NCBI GenBank assembly: GCA_043760595.1
Contig: JAYUOX010000384.1
Coordinates: 1 to 63,978, forward strand
Length of the DNA: 63,978 bases
DNA from: Cytophagales bacterium
GTDB lineage: Bacteria; Bacteroidota; Bacteroidia; Cytophagales; Spirosomataceae
Direction of reading: 5' to 3'
Below the pieces are notes generated by a model. That model saw only the letters and a list, made by a program, of their open reading frames with translations, made no database searches and had not been told where the DNA came from. Position 1 is the stretch's first letter; each line of letters begins with the position of its first letter. Of the stretch, positions 59,548 to 63,978 are shown piece by piece. Made by a program: the position numbers and the translations under genes.

Positions 59548-60090
59548 ATGTTAGAACAATTAATGGGTCTTATCCAAGACAATTCACAAGAAGCAATCGT
59601 TAATAATCCTGCTATTCCAAATGCTCAGAATAATGATGCGATGCAAACTATTTTAGGAGCAATCACTGGTGGAATGCAACAACAAGCACAAGGTGGACAG
59701 TCGGGATTGGCTGGTTTGGCTGGACTTCTTGGTGGTCAGGCAGGTGGAAACGGTGGTGGAGGTTTGATGTCAAACCCAATCGTAGCTGGAATAGCTCAAC
59801 AAGCCATTGGTGGCTTAATGGCTAAATTCGGTATGGGCACTGGTGCTGCTTCTGGTATTGTTTCACAAGTATTGCCAGGTGTTTTGGGATCTATGATTTC
59901 TAAAACAAATGATCCACAGGATTCATCTTTCAATATGACTGACATCATGGGCGTAATGGCTGATGGAAAGGTTGATATGGGAGATATTATGAACATCGCT
60001 GGTAAATTTATGGGCGGTGGACAGCAACAACAAGCACAAGGTGGAGGCGGTTTAGGCGGTCTTCTTGGCGGATTGTTCGGAGGAAAATAA
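59548..60090 (+). CDS. Gly-rich hypothetical protein (DUF937/YidB-like)
   Basis: AIVNNPAIPN; GGLGGLLGGLFGGK amphipathic tail. Confidence 0.7.
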   Translation: MLEQLMGLIQDNSQEAIVNNPAIPNAQNNDAMQTILGAITGGMQQQAQGGQSGLAGLAGLLGGQAGGNGGGGLMSNPIVAGIAQQAIGGLMAKFGMGTGAASGIVSQVLPGVLGSMISKTNDPQDSSFNMTDIMGVMADGKVDMGDIMNIAGKFMGGGQQQQAQGGGGLGGLLGGLFGGK

Positions 60091-60111
60091 TCATTCAATT
60101 ATTGATTTATG

Positions 60112-60144
60112 AATGGGATAGACAAACGTTTATCCCATTTTTTT
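60112..60144 (+). terminator. Intrinsic terminator
   Basis: aatgggatagac-aaac-gtttatcccatttttttt. Confidence 0.7.
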
Positions 60145-60251
60145 ACTGTAGCTTGAAGCGACCGACGCTCGGTGGCACTTCGAGAGTGAACGAATAATTA
60201 GACTCGGTTTCTCGAAGTGCCACCGAGCGTCGGTCACTTCGAGAAACAGTA
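60144..60251. repeat. REPIN family A (both arms long form)
   Basis: tactgtagcttgaagcgaccgacgctcggtggcacttcgag ... ctcgaagtgccaccgagcgtcggtcacttcgagaaacagta. Confidence 0.88.
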
Positions 60252-60255
60252 AGTT

Positions 60256-61401
60256 ATGAAATTACCAATTTATCTTGACTATAATGCCACGACTCCCGTT
60301 GATAAACGAGTATTAGAAAAGATGTTGCCCTACTTTTCTGAACACTTTGGAAATGCCTCCTCTCGCTCACATTTATACGGATGGACAGCCCAAGATGCCG
60401 TTGAAAAAGCAAGAGTTCAAGTGGCACATTTTATGAATGCTAATCCGAAAGAAATTATTTTTACGAGCGGAGCAACTGAGGCTAATAACTTGGCTATCAA
60501 GGGTTTATTTGAAATAAATTATCCAAATAAAAAACATATCATTACTGTACAAACCGAACACAAAGCGATTTTGGATGTTTGTGAACATCTTTTAACATTA
60601 GGTGCAACTATTACTTATCTGAAACCTGATGTAACAGGATTAATTAGTATTGAACAAATTGAAGAAGCCGTACAATCTGATACTTTTTTGATTTCCGTAA
60701 TGTATGCTAATAATGAAATTGGGACGATTCAGCCTATTAAAGAGATTGGAGAATTAGCTCGCAAAAACAATATTTTTTTTCATACCGATGCTACTCAGGC
60801 AGTAGGTAAAATTCCGATTGATGTTCAAGATAAAAATATTGATTTATTGAGTTTGTCTGGACATAAATTGTATGGTCCAAAAGGTGTAGGAGCATTATTT
60901 ATCAATAAGAAACTGTCTGGGAAACTCACTGCCCAAATGGACGGAGGAAAACACGAAAGAGGCTTTCGGTCAGGGACTTTAAATGTTACTGGAATTGTTG
61001 GATTGGGAGAAGCCTGTACCATTGCCCAAGTAGAACAAACTGCTGATTATCAGAAGATTAAAGCATTGAGAGATACCTTAGAAAACGGAATTTTAGAAAA
61101 TATTTCTAATATAAAAATTAATGGAAATCTTGACCACCGATTACCTAATTTGACCAATATTTCATTTGGAGGAGTTGACGGTGAAACCCTTTTAAATAGT
61201 TTCAGAGATATTGCCGTTTCAAGTGGTTCTGCCTGTACTTCCGCTTCCGTTGAACCTTCTTATGTGTTAAAATCCATTGGGTTGAGTGATGATTTAGCTT
61301 ATGCTTCTGTTCGGTTTAGTTTGGGTAAATATACGACTGAGGAGGAGATTGAATTTACGATTAAATATGTGAAAGAGGTGGTTAAATTATTAAAAAATTA
61401 G
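60256..61401 (+). CDS. iscS: Cysteine desulfurase
   Basis: IYLDYNATTP, FTSGATE, SGHKLYGPKG, RSGTLN, SSGSACTS. Confidence 0.93.
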   Translation: MKLPIYLDYNATTPVDKRVLEKMLPYFSEHFGNASSRSHLYGWTAQDAVEKARVQVAHFMNANPKEIIFTSGATEANNLAIKGLFEINYPNKKHIITVQTEHKAILDVCEHLLTLGATITYLKPDVTGLISIEQIEEAVQSDTFLISVMYANNEIGTIQPIKEIGELARKNNIFFHTDATQAVGKIPIDVQDKNIDLLSLSGHKLYGPKGVGALFINKKLSGKLTAQMDGGKHERGFRSGTLNVTGIVGLGEACTIAQVEQTADYQKIKALRDTLENGILENISNIKINGNLDHRLPNLTNISFGGVDGETLLNSFRDIAVSSGSACTSASVEPSYVLKSIGLSDDLAYASVRFSLGKYTTEEEIEFTIKYVKEVVKLLKN

Positions 61402-61432
61402 ATTTGCCAACTTTCTAAAAGTTGGCAAATCT
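61400..61432. repeat. Palindrome family F between convergent iscS and aconitase
   Basis: agatttgccaactttctaaaagttggcaaatct overlapping the iscS TAG. Confidence 0.7.
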
Positions 61433-61444
61433 TGAAATTATTTA

Positions 61445-63712
61445 CTACTTCGCAACATTAGCTCGAATAATATTCAAAGCACCACCCGCCTTAAACCACT
61501 CTACTTGTTGTTCATTATAAGTATGATTTGCCAAAATCTCTTCCGAAGTTCCGTCAGCATGATTTAAAACGATTGTCAAAGGTACATTTGGAGCAAAAGT
61601 TCCTAAACCTTTGATGTCGATTGAATCATTTTCTTGGATTTTGTCGTAATCCGCTTCGTTGGCAAAAGTTAAGCCTAACATTCCTTGTTTCTTCAAGTTT
61701 GTTTCGTGAATACGAGCGAAAGATTTTACTAAAACTGCTCTCACGCCCAAGAAACGTGGTTCCATAGCGGCGTGTTCACGAGAAGAACCTTCTCCGTAGT
61801 TTTGGTCTCCCACTACGATTGAGCCTATTCCTGCCGCTTTGTAGGCACGTTGAACGACTGGAACTGCTCCATATTCGCCCGATAATTGATTTTTAACATT
61901 ATCGGTTTTGTCATTCGCAAAATTGACTGCCCCAATCAACATATTATTAGAAATATTGTCCAAATGCCCACGGTATTTCAACCAAGGACCTGCCATTGAG
62001 ATATGGTCAGTTGTACATTTTCCTTTGGCTTTTATTAATAATTTTAATCCTGTCAAATCTGTACCTTCCCAAGCTGCAAAAGGCTCTAATAATTGCAGAC
62101 GGTCAGACGTTGGCGAAACTTTTACTTCTACCCCCGAACCATCTTCGGCTGGTGCTTGGTAACCTGCATCTTCCACATCAAACCCTTTTGGCGGTAATTC
62201 GTTTCCAGTTGGTGCGTCTAATTTCACTTGCTCACCTGCTTCATTTGTCAAATAATCAGTTAAAGGATTAAATGTCAAATCTCCCGCAATTGCCATCGCC
62301 GTTACCAATTCTGGCGAACCTACAAACGCATAGGTGTTTGGGTTTCCGTCAGCACGTTTTGCAAAATTTCTGTTGAAAGAGTGAACGATTGTATTCTTCT
62401 CAGCTTTTTCAGCCCCTTTTCTCGCCCACTGACCGATACATGGTCCACAGGCATTCGAGAATACTTTTCCACCAATACTTTCAAAGGTATCAACAAATCC
62501 GTCACGTTCAATCGTGTACCTAACTAACTCAGAACCAGGCGTTACTGTATATTCTGCCTTGGCTTTTAGTCCTTTGGCAGCTACTTGACGAGCCAATGAA
62601 GCGGCACGAGAAATATCTTCGTAAGATGAATTTGTACATGAACCAATCAAGCCAACTTCAATTTTGGTGGGCCAACCGTTTTTCTCAGCCATTTCTTTCA
62701 TTTTAGAAATTGGCGTTGCCAAATCAGGCGTGAAAGGTCCGTTTAAGTGTGGTTCAAGTGTATCTAAATCAATCTCAATTACTTGGTCAAAATAAGTTTC
62801 TGGGTTCGCATAAACCTCAGAATCAGCCGTTAAATGCTCACGGATTCCATCTGCCAAAGCAGCAACTTCTGTACGACCAGTTGATTGTAAATAACGAGCC
62901 ATCGAATCATCATACCCAAATGTTGAAGTCGTAGCTCCGATTTCAGCTCCCATATTACAGATTGTTCCCTTCCCTGTACAAGACATTGATGTAGCACCCT
63001 CTCCAAAATATTCGACAACTGCACCCGTTCCTCCTTTTACGGTTAGAATACCCGCTACTTTCAAGATAACGTCTTTTGCCGAAGTCCAGCCATTTAATTT
63101 ACCTGTCAATTTTACGCCAATTAATTTTGGAAATTTCAACTCCCAAGCTAAACCAGCCATCACATCGCAAGCATCCGCACCACCCACACCAATCGCAATC
63201 ATACCTAAACCACCTGCATTAACGGTATGTGAGTCTGTTCCAATCATCATTCCGCCAGGGAAAGCATAGTTTTCTAAAACAACTTGGTGAATAATTCCTG
63301 CACCTGGTTTCCAGAAACCTAAACCGTATTTATCAGATACCGACGAAAGGAAATCGTAAACTTCTTTATTTTTATCAACTGCCACTGAAAGGTCAGTTTT
63401 TGATTCAATTTTTGCCTCAATCAAGTGGTCGCAGTGAACCGTCGAAGGAACAGCGACCTGTGGACGACCCGCTTGCATAAATTGCAAAAGTGCCATTTGA
63501 GCCGTTGCATCTTGCATCGCCACACGGTCAGGGGCGAAATCCACGTAAGAATTTCCTCTCTCGAAAGTTGCTGATGGATTTCCTTCCCACAAGTGAGAGT
63601 AAAGGATTTTTTCAGTTAAGGTAAGCGGTCTGCCAACTAATTTACGAGCTGCCTCAATACGAGCGGGCATTCTTTCGTAAACCGCTTTAATCATTTCTAA
63701 GTCAAAAGCCAT
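61445..63712 (-). CDS. acnA: Aconitate hydratase (mitochondrial-type)
   Basis: [53 protein letters not shown]; TAGTTTTG at 63774-63781. Confidence 0.95.
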   Translation of the reverse strand: MAFDLEMIKAVYERMPARIEAARKLVGRPLTLTEKILYSHLWEGNPSATFERGNSYVDFAPDRVAMQDATAQMALLQFMQAGRPQVAVPSTVHCDHLIEAKIESKTDLSVAVDKNKEVYDFLSSVSDKYGLGFWKPGAGIIHQVVLENYAFPGGMMIGTDSHTVNAGGLGMIAIGVGGADACDVMAGLAWELKFPKLIGVKLTGKLNGWTSAKDVILKVAGILTVKGGTGAVVEYFGEGATSMSCTGKGTICNMGAEIGATTSTFGYDDSMARYLQSTGRTEVAALADGIREHLTADSEVYANPETYFDQVIEIDLDTLEPHLNGPFTPDLATPISKMKEMAEKNGWPTKIEVGLIGSCTNSSYEDISRAASLARQVAAKGLKAKAEYTVTPGSELVRYTIERDGFVDTFESIGGKVFSNACGPCIGQWARKGAEKAEKNTIVHSFNRNFAKRADGNPNTYAFVGSPELVTAMAIAGDLTFNPLTDYLTNEAGEQVKLDAPTGNELPPKGFDVEDAGYQAPAEDGSGVEVKVSPTSDRLQLLEPFAAWEGTDLTGLKLLIKAKGKCTTDHISMAGPWLKYRGHLDNISNNMLIGAVNFANDKTDNVKNQLSGEYGAVPVVQRAYKAAGIGSIVVGDQNYGEGSSREHAAMEPRFLGVRAVLVKSFARIHETNLKKQGMLGLTFANEADYDKIQENDSIDIKGLGTFAPNVPLTIVLNHADGTSEEILANHTYNEQQVEWFKAGGALNIIRANVAK

Positions 63713-63907
63713 GATATGTTTGTTATTTGTTCAGAAAAGGACTTCTGAAACCATGTTAAATATATTTCTTCTGCAAAACTACTATTCAAAACTCAAAATT
63801 GCAGAATATTGAGATGAAATTAAAATTAGAATATTTTTTCTTTGGATATTTCAAAAAAAATATATTTCAATAGAAAAATTACGGAACTATAGACTTTAAG
63901 TCGCAAG

Positions 63908-63943
63908 ACCCCTTACAAGGGTTCAAAACCCTTGTAAGGGGGT
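63908..63943. repeat. Palindrome related to family E
   Basis: accccttacaagggttcaaaacccttgtaagggggt. Confidence 0.6.
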
Positions 63944-63978
63944 AGTTTAGGACATAAAAATGGTTCTGCGACTTAATC

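Noticed and set aside
1844-60251. Repeats with variable spacers as CRISPR arrays
   Set aside because: The copies are inverted pairs dispersed across the window, not tandem direct repeats at a regular period, and no cas genes are present

Overview
AT-rich chromosomal window of a Bacteroidota genome, probably Cytophagales/Spirosomataceae-like. The basis is the many TAnnTTTG promoter elements, the absence of obvious Shine-Dalgarno sites and the gene families present. Most genes are housekeeping (thrS, infC, rpmI, rplT, rplY, prs, folD, topA, trxA, iscS, aconitase, E2 acyltransferase, cinA, cobB) or nitrogen assimilation (amtB plus porin, divergent GSII/GSIII). I saw no rRNA, tRNA, CRISPR array, integrase or transposase. 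The most notable items are: (1) a six-gene amide-ligase/hydrolase cluster at 9.8-16.3 kb (two alpha/beta hydrolases, an ATP-grasp ligase, a YbdK/GCS2 ligase, a class I glutamine amidotransferase-like enzyme and a circularly permuted ATP-grasp-like ligase), which suggests an uncharacterised gamma-glutamyl peptide synthesis, tagging or turnover system; (2) many short palindromic REP/REPIN-like families, one inserted in frame inside the menE-like gene and several supplying stop codons; (3) different palindrome families carrying 14-15 nt GC-rich mini-hairpin inserts; (4) an unannotated promoter, 22-aa hydrophobic ORF and terminator unit; (5) a Uma2 gene split by a T7 run at UUU-UGA; (6) a split thrS-infC / rpmI-rplT operon. 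All family assignments come from motif recognition by eye, not database searches.
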